A stretch of 64,000 nt of DNA from positions 41,726,001 to 41,790,000 of the forward strand of contig NC_043002.1 in NCBI RefSeq assembly GCF_006345805.1, read 5' to 3'. The stretch comes from Octopus sinensis (Eukaryota). Positions 12,654 through 26,271 of this stretch are shown one piece after another. Each line of letters opens with the position of its first letter. The first letter of the stretch is position 1. Below the pieces are notes generated by a model that searched no databases, was not told the origin of the DNA, and saw only the letters and a program-made list of their open reading frames with translations. The position numbers and the translations under genes are program-made.

Positions 12654-13317
12654 TACATAATGAAGAATTTATTAAAATAACTTTGTCATTATTAAGCCTG
12701 TGTTCAGATCATAATATTAATATGAAAATCTGATGGAAAGTTTTTAATTCAGATCACTTTAATACAAGTTGTTACAGATACCCAGGTATGGTCTCAGGCA
12801 ATTTGGTAACAAAAGGGTTAGCACTAATTTCATAAACAGATGATTAATAAAATTTCCTTTAGATACAATGGCAGTCTATTGCAGGTAACATTACCAGATG
12901 ATTTGATTCCTTTTCTTGACAGTTTGGTGAACTGAGACACATAAAAGAATTAGGAAAACTGCCAAAATACATAATGAAATGTCTACAGTGGATTTGAACT
13001 AACAAAAAAGCCTGTGAGCTGGCTGTTCAATATTATATCTATTTGTTCCTCTTCTGCGTGTTTGATCAATACATAATGGTTAAGCTATGTCAGGTTTTCT
13101 CTGAGACGGTATTACATAGGACAAGTTTATATCTAATAAAACATGGCAAAGGTTTTACCAGTCCATGCCATCAATCCTACTTTCTAAATTCTTCAATAAA
13201 CTAATTTGAACTTTGTTGCCAATAACCATACACAAAACTGCCAAAGAGCAACACCTAAGTTTGTCATACACACACACACACACACATATATATACATACA
13301 CACACATACATACATAC

Positions 13318-13362
<45 letters not shown>

Positions 13363-14650
13363 AGACTAGGCATAAATAATTGTCTTAACATATTTTACTT
13401 TATTTACTACAATAAGGAAAAAATATTTAATGACCATTATTTATGTCTTGTTTTGTATATTCCTCTGTAAAAACCTGTATAACTGGAACACAACCATAGA
13501 TTTACAATATAGAATGGTGATGAACTATGACCTCAGACCTCAAGTTATGTGAAGTCCTTTACTAATCCAAACAATATTGTTAGCATCGTGTGCTAACAGA
13601 GAGCTTATAAAGTATTATACCCACATTGATAATCTGTCACTAACAACTCTGTGTGTGTGTGTGTGTGTATTATATATAGAAATCAAAAATAATTTTCATG
13701 TTTAGCTTTTACCAAGTGATTGGGCACTACTAATTATCATTTGAATATATTCAACTGTTGGTACTGTGCTGTTTTCATGACAAAAGACACTTAAATTTCT
13801 ATATCTCAGTTTATTATTTGATTATATGTAAATAGGTACCAAGTAGGAGAGTACTGTTTTTAGATGGGTAGAATTGGGTTTAAGTATTTAATTAGTCTGC
13901 AGTCCATATAATCTTCTGAAACTGTTAAATATGATATTGCAGCTGTTGTCGTCTAACCACAGGTCAACCCTAACCAAACAGGTGATTGATCGGAAACATT
14001 TTTGCCAAGATTATCCCATCTTATTAGACATAGTGTATTTAGGACTACATTTTCCAATATACTTTTCTGCTTCTGAAGATACTGGGACTTCATCTGATAG
14101 TAATTTAACTGTCATTTCTAAAAGGTTGAATGGCAGGTTTTCTCATGATTTATTCAAAAGCCAATTCCTCTTTCAACCATTGAACTTTACGGAAATTAGA
14201 AATTCAAATTGTGAATAGCAACTGAAACTCTTTTATGGATGTATTTTAATTGATTTTGAAAATAATATGAATTTGGAAGGGTTTTCCTAAAATAACTGAT
14301 ATCATTAAACTGGATGTCAAGAGCATTACTTAACAGTTCTTACTTGTATAAGAACTGTATTATGTAAAGTTGTTTTTAATATGAACATTTTTGAAAACGA
14401 ATACATTAGGCACTGATTTGGCTGTTATGGTTAAGAAGCTCACTTTGTGACCACATGGTTTTGGGTTCAGTCCCACTACACAGAGCTTTAGACATTCTTT
14501 TAATATAGGCCCAGCTCAATCAGTGCTTTGTGACTGATTTTAGCAGGCAGAAACTGTGAGGAAGCTCGGTCATGTGTGTGTTTATTGGTACACAAATGAG
14601 AAAGACATGAAAATGCAGTTAAAAAAATACAAAATACAATTGGAAGAAGC

Positions 14651-14713
<63 letters not shown>

Positions 14714-14714
14714 A

Positions 14715-14990
14715 TATCATTTAATGTCCGTTTTCCATGCTGGCATGGATCAGATGTTTGACCAGAGCTGGCATGGCCTGGAGCCACCCCAGGCTCCATT
14801 TTCTGTTCAAGCATGGTTTCTACAGCTGGATGCCCTTCTTAATGCCAACCACTCCACTAAGTACTGGGTACTTTTTATGTGCCACCAGCACCAGTGCTTT
14901 TAATGTGGCACCAGCATGAATGTTTTTTTTGTTTTGTTTTGTTTTTATGTGACACAAGCACCAGTGCTTTCTGTGTGGTACCAGCACCAG
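14715..14990 (-). mobile_element. RTE 3'-end copy with a short 26-bp minisatellite expansion
   Basis: TTTAATGTCCGTTTTCCATGCTGGCATGG..GGATGCCCTTC.. followed by several TTTTATGTGCCACCAGCACCAGTGC units. Confidence 0.8.
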
Positions 14991-15752
14991 TTTAAATTCT
15001 GCTGTGGCAGATGGGTATACTTGTATATTGTGTAGTGTAGTCCCACCGATGCTAGCATGGAAGGCAGATGTTAAACGATGATGTGTGTCTGTCTGTCTGT
15101 CTGTCTGTCTGTCTTTGTGTTTGTCCCCATCACCACCACTTGACAACTGGTGTTTGTTTGTTTACATCCCTGTAACTTAGTATCTCGGCAAAAGAGATTA
15201 AATAGAATAAGTTCTAGCCTTGAAAATAAGTGCTGGGGATGATTTATTCAACTAACCCTTTCAAGGTGGTGCTCTAGCATGGCTACAGTCCAATGACTGA
15301 AACAAAAACAAGATACGAAGCAGCCAAGTGGGCTTTCAGGTTGGCTAGGTAATATACACATAACATAATCGGAGATTGGGGAATGTGGTAAGAAATTTGT
15401 TCCCCAACCACATTGTTTCAGGTTCAGTCTTGCTGTATGGCACCTTGTGGAAATGTACTATTATAGCCTGGGGCTGACCAAAAGCCTTGTGAGTGGATTT
15501 GCTAGGTGGAAACTGAAAGAAATCTGTTGTATATATTTGCGCACGCGTGTGTGTGTGTATGCTGGTGGCTCGTAAAAAGCGCCCATTACACTCTTGGAAT
15601 GGTTAATGTTAGGACGGGCATCCAGCTATAGAAACCATGTCAAATCAGATTGGAACTTGGTGTAGCTCTCCAGCTTAGCAGTTTCAGTCAAACCGTCTAA
15701 CCCATGCCAGCATAGAAAGCAAACACCAAATGATGATGATGACGATGATATA

Positions 15753-15955
15753 TACTCTTTTACTTGTTTCAGTCATTTGACTGTGGCCATGCTAGAGCAC
15801 CGCCTTTAGTCGAGCAAATCAAGCCCAGGACTTGTTCTTTGTAAGCCTAGTACTTATTCTATCAGTCTGTTTTGCTGAGCTGCTAAGTTACGGGGATGTA
15901 AACACACCAACATTGGTTATCAAGCGATGTTGGGGGAACAAACATATACACACAC

Positions 15956-15992
<37 letters not shown>

Positions 15993-16169
15993 CACACACA
16001 TATATACGATGGGCTTCTTTCAGTTTCTGTCTACCAAATCCATTCACAAGACTTTGGTCAGCCCAAAGCTATAGTAGAAGGCACTTGCCCAAGGTGCCAT
16101 GTAGTGGGACTGAACCCAGAACCATGTAGCTGGTAAGCAAGCTACTTATCACACAGCCACTCCTGCGCC
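15753..16169 (-). mobile_element. Full-length OR-type SINE
   Basis: Complete head-to-tail match to 17557-17952. Confidence 0.9.
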
Positions 16170-16188
16170 TATAAAAAAAATGTGTGAT

Positions 16189-16296
16189 GCTTACAGCACC
16201 TAGGTTTCTCAAGCGGTCACCCATCTAAGTACTAACTAGGCTTGACGTTGCTTAACTTTGATGATTGGACGAGAACCAGTGCTTTCAACGTGATAT
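16189..16296 (-). pseudogene. 5S rRNA pseudogene (about nt 10-119)
   Basis: Minus strand ATATCACGTTGAAAGCACTGGTTCTCGTCCAATCATCAAAGTTAAGCAACGTCAAGCCTAGTTAGTACTTAGATGGGTGACCGCTTGAGAAACCTAGGTGCTGTAAGC aligns by eye to invertebrate 5S rRNA with scattered substitutions. Confidence 0.9.
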
Positions 16297-17556
16297 ATAT
16301 ATATATATATGTAATGTGTGTCTTTGTGTCTGTATTTGTCCCCGAATTCCACCACTTGTCAGCCAGTACTGGTGTGTTTACATCCCTGTAACTTAGCAGT
16401 TCAGCAAAAGAGACAAAGAGAACAAGTACCAAGCATTAAAAAGAAAAGGATAAATAAGTACTGGGGTCACATGGCCACAATCTAATGGCTGAAACAAGTA
16501 AAAGATAAAAGACAACTTTGTCTCGGAATCACTGAGCCGCCATCTCACCTTGAAACCTATTTGTTGTTCGAATTATAAATAAATAAATAAATAAATGAAT
16601 ATAAATTAACAGTCTCCCTATTGAAGCCTGCGGTTTTAAAAATACGATTTATAGAAACCAGGCATTATCAATTTGTTTTGTATTTATTGTGTTACATCAA
16701 ACCATTGACTTATGATTTGCCATACACATGATAATGCTTCAGCAGTGAATGATTTCACTAATAAATAAATAAAAAAAAAAAAAAAAAAAAACAAACAAAA
16801 AAACGAGAAGCAAAACAATCCCCAGCTTTTTGTATTATCTTCAGTGAGATATTTTCTGCTATTTCTCTCTGCCCCCCTCTTTCTTTCTTTCTTTCTTTCT
16901 TTGTAAAGATATGCATGGTAATAAAAACTAGAGCAGGGTATGTAAATCATTAGCTGCAACAAATATTAAACAGATTCTGTGGGGGTTTTTTTTTTCTTCC
17001 TTTCCTTAATTAATTTATGTTATATATATTTATTTGTGGTAGGCATCTCAATGAATAAACATCAATTTCAGGTTATAAATTAGTACTAATTTTAGATAGT
17101 CACGAAAATAACAAACTATTTTTCCCCCCTCCCAAGAAAAAAAAAAAGCTGAACATTCATTTTTAGTTGTGTTGATTTTATTGACAACCATTGGTTCCCT
17201 TCTGCCACCACCACCACCACCACCACCTTTGTAAAGAGGTTAGCATTCTGCATTAATATAAATGACTAAATGAAATGAAACAAAAAGAGATTCCCTGTGG
17301 TTCTATATACATTCTGCTAGATATAGCAGTCAAATCCTTCTTAAATTACGCTCTACCATTATGGAGTGGTGCAGGGAACACATCCAAAATATGCAGTGCT
17401 TGAGAAATGGACAAGATGGTCTTGATTAGAACACTTTTGACTATAGGCTTCATTAGTCAAATTGACCTGATGCTAAACAATATACATGATTGGTAAAAAA
17501 AAGAATACCAAGTGGTCACTTTCATCCTGATACTTATGGTCAGCTATCAATCTGAA

Positions 17557-17952
17557 GGCGCAGGAGTGGCTGTGTGGTAAGTAGCTTGTTTACCAACCAC
17601 ACGGTTCCGGGTTCAGTCCCACTGCGTGGCACCTTGGGCAAGTGTTTTCTACTATAGCCTAGGGCCGACCAAAGCCTTGTGAGTGGATTTGGTTGACGGA
17701 AACTGAAAGAAGCCCGTCGTATATATGTATATATATATATGCGTGTGTGTGTTTGTGTCTGTGTTTGTCCCCCTAGCATTGCTTGACAACCGATGCTGGT
17801 GTGTTAATGTCCCCGTTACTTAGTGGTTTGACAAAAGAGACCGATAGAATAAGTACTGGGCTTACAAAAGAATAAGTCCCGGGGTCGAGTTGCTCGATTA
17901 AAGGCGGTGCTCCAGCATGGCTGCAGTCAAATGACTGAAACTAGTAAAAGAG
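17557..17952 (+). mobile_element. Full-length OR-type SINE (best preserved copy); more than 15 further partial or decayed copies occur across the window
   Basis: tRNA-like head with A box (GGCTGTGTGGTAAG) and B box (GGTTCAGTCCC), CACCTTGGGCAAG core, central microsatellite, ..GACTGAAACTAGTAAAAGAG tail. Confidence 0.9.
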
Positions 17953-19217
17953 AAATAAAATATATATATTGATCTTGAGTTCGGTCCCACTGCATGACAC
18001 CTTGAGCAAATATCCTTTTTCTACTATAGCCTCAGGCCAATCAAAACTTTGTGACTGGATTCGGTGGAGGGAAACTGAAAAGAAGTCAGCTGTCTATATG
18101 TATGTACATGTGTCTATATGTGTGTACCTTCGTTTGTCCCTCACTGCTACTTAACTAGCGTTGGTTTGTTTACATCCTTGTATTGCAGCAGTTCAACAAT
18201 GAACACCTGTAAAATAAGTATTAAGCTGAAAAAATAATAGTAAGTATTGGGGGAAATTTGTTTGGCTAAACCCCTCAAGGAAGTACCCCAGTATGGCCAC
18301 AGTCCAAAGACTGAAATAAACAAGCAAAAGATAAGATATATGATACATGTTTCTGCTTCCCATGGCTACTGTGAAAAAGGTTATTCTGGTATTTCGGTTC
18401 GTACTATTTATTTAGTATTAATATATTTATGAAAGCTCATCAGCTAATCCTTACCTACCCGACTTGGTTAACACCCACATGAATTTTCTTCACAATCTGC
18501 CATCCTGGGATCAATCACACTTGACATTGATGTCAGCTGATGTTTACAGCACCAGTTGACATAGCTGAATATTTCATTAGTTCAAACCTATACGCTACTG
18601 TATAAAGTTACAGCCAGACTATTCTCTCTATTCTAACAAACAGGCTTACCAATTCTGTTCTCTTAGTTTAACAACTATTTTTCCATACTCAATGGATTTC
18701 ATGGTTAGTTCTGTCTGCTGAACTGAACGTTTCTATTTTATTATTATTTTTTCTCTAATTTTCTCTTTTTTTTTTTTGTTTATTTATGGTTGGATACCTT
18801 CTTAGACATAAAGCACTACGTCAGAAAAGAGGTGTTGCCATTCCAGGCCAAAGATTTTCCTTATATATATCCCTATTAGTCTGTAGACTCTTACTGCTTT
18901 ATAATTAACTTCATTTCTTGAAAGACAATTTAAATATTTTTTTGTCAGGCTAATAATGTTCTTCATTTAAGCTCTGAATTCCACATGTTCAGTTCTGGAT
19001 TATTTTTTCAGTTTAACCTCTTTATTATTGTACATTACTCAACTAGAAACCACACAGATCTAACACTTCATGTCATTAACAAGCGAGGAGGGCCTAGAGA
19101 ATTAGTACTCTGACAGATTTCAACTCCACAGAAAGCCAGTGGTTAAAATTTAACACATGAAGAAGAGTCTAACAGTGACTTTCTCTAACCATCTCTCTCT
19201 CTCACTCTCTCTCTCTT

Positions 19218-19267
<50 letters not shown>

Positions 19268-21486
19268 TACACACACGCACATGCACACATTTCCACTATT
19301 AATAAATATAAAGCAGCTGGCATTTACATCAATCAATCCTCTTGTCAGTTTTCCTTATAGCTATTCTAGTGGGGGCTGTTGTTCTGATTAGGGAATATGA
19401 TTTGAGAAAACAATGTGATCTGATCAAATCTCCTGAAATTCTATACTGTTCTGGCAGTTAAGTATCCTTTGGCAGACCCAGTTCTGTTATTAATAAAATT
19501 AATCTACATACCAACTAATTAAGGTGAAAACAGCTAGCAACTCAATGATGCCTGAACAAATAATTATCTGATAACAAAGACCTTTAATGTTCTTGGGTAT
19601 CTGTACCTCTAATAAAGCTGTTTGCAGGCATTGTTGGTGTTTCTGTAAGCTAAATAATTGTTAGAAGCTAAATGATTATGAAGATGTTCAATTGTGAATC
19701 AGATGGGCTTCAATACTAACTTTATATTGTCCCTAATGGCAAGATCCATACATTACTCAGTTCGCATAATAACTGTGCTTTCCAGTTTTTACCTACCAGT
19801 TAATTAGGGACAAGAAAGGAATCAGCCTGTTAAAACAATTACTCCTAAAATATGTAAACATTTTAATATGCAACATCAGCAAAACAAAGAACTGCTTAGC
19901 CATGTAAATATGCTCAAATGATAGGTGCAGGCGTGGCTGTGTGGTAAGAAGTTTGCTTCCCAACCACATGGTTCTGGGTTCACTCCCACTGCGTGGCACC
20001 TTGGGCAAGTATCTTCTACTACTATAACCTAAGGCTGACCAAAGCAGCATTTCTTCCAGTGTAGTAATGATTCTGCCAGCTCACCAATAATCAACCCTTG
20101 TACTTGATTGGTACTTTTATGATCTCCAGAGGAAAGAATTGAAACCCAAAATGCCAATAGCCAGAACAAATAATCCATTTTCCTCTTGGCAATAAAAGTA
20201 CTTTCTCTCATAGGCACAAAACTAGAAAACCATAACAAAGGAACACACAATTAATCACATCAACTTATGATACTTGATCGGTGCCTTTATTTATTATTCC
20301 CTGAGAAATGGAAGGCAAAGTTGATATTGATGGGATTTGAACTTAGATTGTTAAGAGTTAGAACAAAACATTTTGTCCGGTGGTGTAAATGATTCTACCA
20401 ACCCACAGCACTTAAGAATCACAACCACCACCCAATAATAATATGATATAACCCACACAACACATTCCCTATACAATCAACACCCAATAAAATAACACAA
20501 TCTTATCGACACTTGATACTGTATATACATAGCATATCCCTCACATCACCAACAACTCTACTTATTCTACACATTTACTACCCTGCATTATAATAACACA
20601 CAGCCTACACATCACATACCCTATGCCAGCATTTCTCCAAATGGGCTTCCCTGGAACCCTACTGGTCTGTGAGGTCACAGAAGTTCTGTGAGAAGTAGTG
20701 ATAAATAGGCTAATTATATGCAAATGTATTTTTAAGTTATTTTTGTGTTTAATTCCAAATTTATTATTTTATTATATACTCCATGCAAGCATGGCTGTAT
20801 GGTTAAGAAATTTGCTTTCCAACCACATGGTTTCAGGTTCAGTTTTACTGCATGGCACCATGGACATGTTTTCTTTTATAGCCCTGGGCTGACCAAAGTC
20901 TTGCGAGTGGATTTGGCAGACAGAAAGTGAAATAAACGCATCTTATATGTGCATATATCTATGTTTACAGGCCATAATCTTGTGACCAAGACAACATTTG
21001 TGCATTGAGACAAGAAGGAAGTCTCTACAGTGTTGTTCTTGTTCTACTAGAAATAACAACCAAATTGCCTATAAATCATGCCCTACCATCTTAAATATGG
21101 TTACATTAGATAATGTGGTCCTGGGCTCTCTGCACAGAGAAAAAAACATGTGTGGTCATAGGTCTATTTGGTTAACCCATTAGTATTTAAACCAGTCATA
21201 TCCAGCCAAAATAACCTTTCTCTTTGAACAAGTCACATCCAACCTCTCACACTTACCCTACAATATTATAAAATTATGCCATCACATCATTGGAATTTCA
21301 AAGAATACATGGTAATGCATAACTAGTTCAAATCAATGTGAATAAACAAGCATTACATTTGACAGAGTAATCTACATGCCAAAGGGTTAAGGCTGGCATA
21401 TGGCTAAACAAGAATGTACTTAAGCCATTCAATCCCTATGGGAACATAGACCATCTGCAACTTTTCTCCTCTGTTCTTGACCCTAG

Positions 21487-21694
21487 GCCAGATGCTGAAA
21501 AGATCCTGGCTTTGGTTAAAAGAAAATACAGGAGGATCAGTTATGATTTTATTCAACATATTCACCTTTCAGATTCACACATTGCAGTGGTCCTTCAGTT
21601 TTTCTAATTCCTGTAAAAGAACTCAGAAGGTTAGGCATCCAACCAAGTCTTTCACAATCAATACCCTTAAAACCAGGAACTTGTCAGCACCCTT
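21487..21694. mobile_element. Tc1/mariner-like MITE
   Basis: Inverted ends TGCTGAAAAGATCCTGGCTTT / AAAACCAGGAACTTGTCAGCA; homologous to 44212-44400. Confidence 0.65.
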
Positions 21695-21938
21695 TTATAT
21701 CCTACTAGCATTAAAGACCCATCGTTGCCGGGTCATAGTGCTAGTGCATGTATATATGTGTATATATATGTGTACATATTACATGTACATCTATATATAT
21801 ACATCTACACATAAAATGCAAAATACAAAGTTATATCTTGATATCGCTAGTGATAACAATACTCAAAATATATAACAGACTGGAATTGTTAGCCCGTCTC
21901 TTGTAATTTCGATCAATTGTATCTTGTCCTCCTTTTTT

Positions 21939-22249
21939 GTATAGAAGTGTGGCTACAATCCAGCCTACCTCTACTTCTGGGGAGGGGGGGCATTTAAAAT
22001 CTTTTTCCAGGACGTCCTATGTCCCAGATATAAAGGTAAAAATAAAATATTTCCACTTTGCAAGTTCGAGTCGAGTACTCCCTTGCACGCTCCGTTGACT
22101 TGAACCTTGCTTCTATTGTGGCGAATTTACCGCCTCTGATTAGATATCTTTCATAGTCGCACCAAGACACTTTTCGAAGGTGCTTTCCTCCAGGTGTTCA
22201 AATCTTTTTTCTCTACATTGTATACTTTATAGACAATAGTCTTTTCTTT
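21939..22249 (-). pseudogene. CpG-rich frameshifted coding relic, possibly a non-LTR retrotransposon ORF1
   Basis: Consecutive frames give KEKTIVYKVYNVEKKDLN / EESTFEKCLGATM / YLIRGGKFATIEARFKSTERAREYSTRT / PEVEVGWIVATLL; family assignment is inference. Confidence 0.35.
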
Positions 22250-22691
22250 AATTTAATTTTTTATTATCCATCTGGGCTATTCCATTTCTGCACGCTAATT
22301 TTATTTTTAATTTATTCCCATTCATGTGAAACCACTTATTCAAGTTCAAATCATTGATGCAATTTTATACCAATTACTATTTTTACTTTTGTTATGTTAC
22401 GATTATATTATACTTTAGTTTGATTTTAATTATTACTTACTACATATAATTCAATTGTTATTATTATTTTTATTGTTAAAGTGAAAGCATCTGACATAAA
22501 ATAGAGAAATATTTTTGTTTCACTTTTAACACGTAATACTGAAATAGTGAAGATATGATATTGCTATGCGCTCGCTCTAGGCAAGAAGTTGAACACTTTT
22601 TTTTGCCTATGAAACTGCATGGACTCTAAGTAAGGCATATGTAAAATTTGAATGAAATTGGTTGTGTAGTTCTCAAGTTTTAGGGAAACAC

Positions 22692-22722
<31 letters not shown>

Positions 22723-23339
22723 CACATTCTCAGTTTTATATATATAAAGATATATGACTGTGTGTGTGTTTGTCACCCTATCCACCACTTGACAAACCAG
22801 TGTTGCTTTGTTTATATCTGTGTAATGTAGCAGCGGTTCAGCAAAAGAAATCAATAAAATAAGTACCTGACATACAATAAAGACTGGGGTTGATTTGTGT
22901 GGGTAAAACTCTTCTAGGCTGTGCCCCAGCATGGCCATGGTCCAATGACTGAAACAAGTAAAAACATAAAAGATTTGTTTTGTTTTCTTCTTAGGTAACA
23001 AAGAAAATTGTAGTACTACAATTAAAATTAGTAAGGTAGTAAGAATGAAAATTATATGACAACACCCTTGTGTGCAAGGGTGGGAAGTAAGAGTGTCAGG
23101 ATTCTGGAAAAGAATTGAAGAGAATGGGACATACAGAGTATGTGAGTGGGCACATGTTTCTGTGTCACTTGAAATAGTTTTGCTTTGTTGTGTGTGTTTG
23201 TGTAGGGGGGTGTAGTGGGGATGTTAGAGTGACAAAATGTTTTGTAGAATTTTGTTTATTCTTTGCAATCGTGTTTTGTATACATAGTATAGTATTTATT
23301 GGTATCTGGGTGTATAATGCTTGTATATCCTGCAAGTTT

Positions 23340-23351
23340 ATATCTGTTGAA

Positions 23352-23415
<64 letters not shown>

Positions 23416-23424
23416 ATACATGTA

Positions 23425-23517
<93 letters not shown>

Positions 23518-23665
23518 ATATATGCATGTATATGTGTGTATATATGTGTATATATATATGTGTATATATATACATATACACATGTATGTGTATATATATA
23601 TATATAATATATATATATGTGTGTGTGTGTATGTGTGTGTCTATATATATATATATGTGTGTGTA

Positions 23666-23698
<33 letters not shown>

Positions 23699-23810
23699 GT
23701 GTATGTGTGTGTCTATATATATATATATTTACATGTGTGTTTGTGTGTGTGTACTTGCATGAAAAACATGTGCAACGTATGCATATCTGTGTGTGTGTCT
23801 ATCTGTGTTT
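23340..23810. repeat. Compound (TA)n/(TG)n microsatellite; similar blocks at 39520-39990, 40700-41040, 45720-46090, 61280-61520, 62910-63090
   Basis: Directly visible; source of the many YI/CV/HT ORFs. Confidence 0.95.
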
Positions 23811-24424
23811 GAATATTGCATGCAATGGTATCTCTGACCTCATGTGAATTTGCACTCGCACACACACACGCAAAGAGAGAGAGAGAGAGAGAGGGAGAGA
23901 AAGTCCGTTGTTTAAAAAGAACCAAGTAAATGGATTCCAGTCTTCATCTTCCTCTCAGCCACTTTGGAGAATAATATTTTAACACAGCGAAGATCTCTTT
24001 TGATGTGCCGCCAGATCAGTTGGCTCTTTCCTCCATTCTTTGTTTCCTGTTAGCTTGGTTTACTTTGTTGTATTGGGCCGTGATGCTGATGGTTGTTGCT
24101 GTTGTTGTTGTTGTTTCATGTTCATGTTTTATTTTGGTATATATTTTTTTAATATATTTTAAGTATCTGTTTTTGACACCACGCTTTCTTTTTCTTCTTT
24201 TGTTTTCTGTCCTTTCTTTGGAACTGATGCTGTTTTTTTTTTCGCCAGGAATGCTGAATAGAACTTTCCTACAATAGTTTCATGTTTACTTTTTCTGTTT
24301 TGTCCATGTGTGTGTGTCTGTGTGTATGTTCATATGCGTGTGTGAATATGAAGATTCTATTCATTATAATGTCACCATCATTTGTCACCCTTGTGGCAAA
24401 AAATTATTATTATTATTATTATTA

Positions 24425-25418
24425 TGAAGGCTGCGAACCTGCAGAATCATTAGCGCGCCGGGCAAAATACTTAGTGGCATTTCGTTTGTCTTTACGTTCT
24501 GGGTTCAAATTCCACCGAGGTTGACTTTGCCATCCATCTTTTCAGGGTCGATAAATTAAGTATCCTGGGTTCAATGTAATTGACTTACCCAACCCACAAA
24601 AATGTCAGGCCTTGTGCCTATAGAAGAAAGGATTATTATTATTATTATTATGAAGGCTGTGAAATGCTTAGCGGTATTTCGTCTGCTGTTACGTTATAAG
24701 TTCAAATTCCGTTGAGGTCAACTTTGCTTTTCAGCCTTTCAGGGTCGATAAAATAAGTACCAGTTGAGCACTGGGGTCATTGTAAATGACTATCCCCCTC
24801 CTCCAAATTTCAGGCCTTGTGCCTACAGTAGAAAGGATTATTATTATTATTATTATTATTGAGCTGCTAGAATTGTTAGTATGATGGGCAAAATGTTTAG
24901 CGGCTTTTCATCCATCTTCACTTTCTGAATTCAAATTCCACTGAGGTCAACTTTACCTTTCATCTTTTTAGGGGCCAAAAAAATAAGTACTAGTTGAGTT
25001 AATGTAACTGACTTAGCCCCTCCCTCAAAATTACGGACCTTGTGCCAAAATTTGAAGCCAATATCATTATTATTATTATTAAGGCAACAACCTGGCAAAA
25101 TCATTACCGCACTGGGCAAAATGCTGGCTCTATGTTCTCAGTTCAAGTTCCATGAAGGGCGGCTTTGACCTTTCTTCCTTTCAGGGTTGATAAAATAGTA
25201 CCAGTTGAACACTGGGGTTAATGTAACTAACTATCAACCCCCCCAAAGTTTCAGGTCTTGTACTTATAGTAGAAAGGGTTATTACCATTAAGGCAATGAA
25301 TTGGTTGAAACTGTTAGCATGACAGTCAAAATGCTTAGCAGCATTTCTTTTGGTTCTTCACATCCCAAGTTCAAATTCCACTGAGGTTGACTTTGCTTTT
25401 CATTCTTATAGGGTTTTA
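24425..25418 (+). mobile_element. Head-to-tail chain of five Meta-domain-like SINE copies joined by (TTA)n tails
   Basis: Units start near 24425, 24651, 24861, 25081, 25288, each with TTCAAATTCC..GAGGTTGACTTTG.. Confidence 0.8.
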
Positions 25419-25579
25419 TTTCTCTAAAATAACATGGTGAGTTCCTTAAAAGTGATAGGAGTTTAATTCTACTCAAAACATAAAGTATCTTGTACAATTG
25501 TTCTGTAAGAGTTTATCCTATTCTGAAGAATGCAAATGGTAGGATTCGATTTCCAAGCTCAAGACGTAATCTTCATTAT

Positions 25580-26043
25580 TAACTCTTTAGCATTAAGATT
25601 ATTCAGTCAAATGTGATGTTTATTTATTCACATTTAAAAGAAATTTAATGATGGATTTATCTTGCAGCTTCGAGAGTTTGAGGATGTGATTGTTTATTTT
25701 TAGCTTAATGTCACAGGCTATGTGTGAGAGGCTGGATCTAGCCACATCATAGCCATCATCATCATCATCATTTAGCATCCATTTGTCCATGCTGGCGTGG
25801 GTTGGTCGGTTTGACCAAGGCTGGTAAGCTGAGGGATAGCACCAGACTCTAGTCTGATTTCGCATGGTTTCTACTGCTGGATGCCTTTCCTAACGCCAAC
25901 CACTCCAAAAATGTAATGGATGCTTTTACATGCCAGTGGCAAGGGTGCCATTTGTATGACACCAGTATTTACCATGGCTACAATTTCACTTGGCTCACCT
26001 TCGACGTAAGACAGGTAGAATATTTGGGCTAGATACAGCCATC
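25580..26043. mobile_element. piggyBac-like MITE (family 1) interrupted by an RTE 3'-end copy (about 25755-26000, minus)
   Basis: TTAACTCTTTAGCATT start; family-1 body splits after GGATCTAGCC and resumes near GACAGGTAGAATATTTGGG. Confidence 0.65.
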
Positions 26044-26271
26044 TTAACCCTTTCGTTACCAACTTGGCTGAAACTGGCTCTGGCTCTGAGTACAAATGTC
26101 TTGTTTTCATAAATTTTGAATGAAAATCTTCTACCAAACCTTAGTCACAATTTATGTTCCTAACACTAGCTTAATGATAACTAAGTTATTTTACTAAATT
26201 CTCTGTTATATTTAAAGTAATTGAAACAAACACAGAGCATCTCACAGTAAATACAGTAATGAAAGGGTTAA
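26044..26271. mobile_element. piggyBac-like MITE (family 2), TTAA target site
   Basis: TTAA-CCCTTTCGTTAC ... GTAATGAAAGGG-TTAA. Confidence 0.8.

Noticed and set aside
20667-20695. Similarity to the hammerhead core at 11548-11592
   Set aside because: Lacks CUGAUGA and GAAA; better explained as a decayed hAT-MITE end
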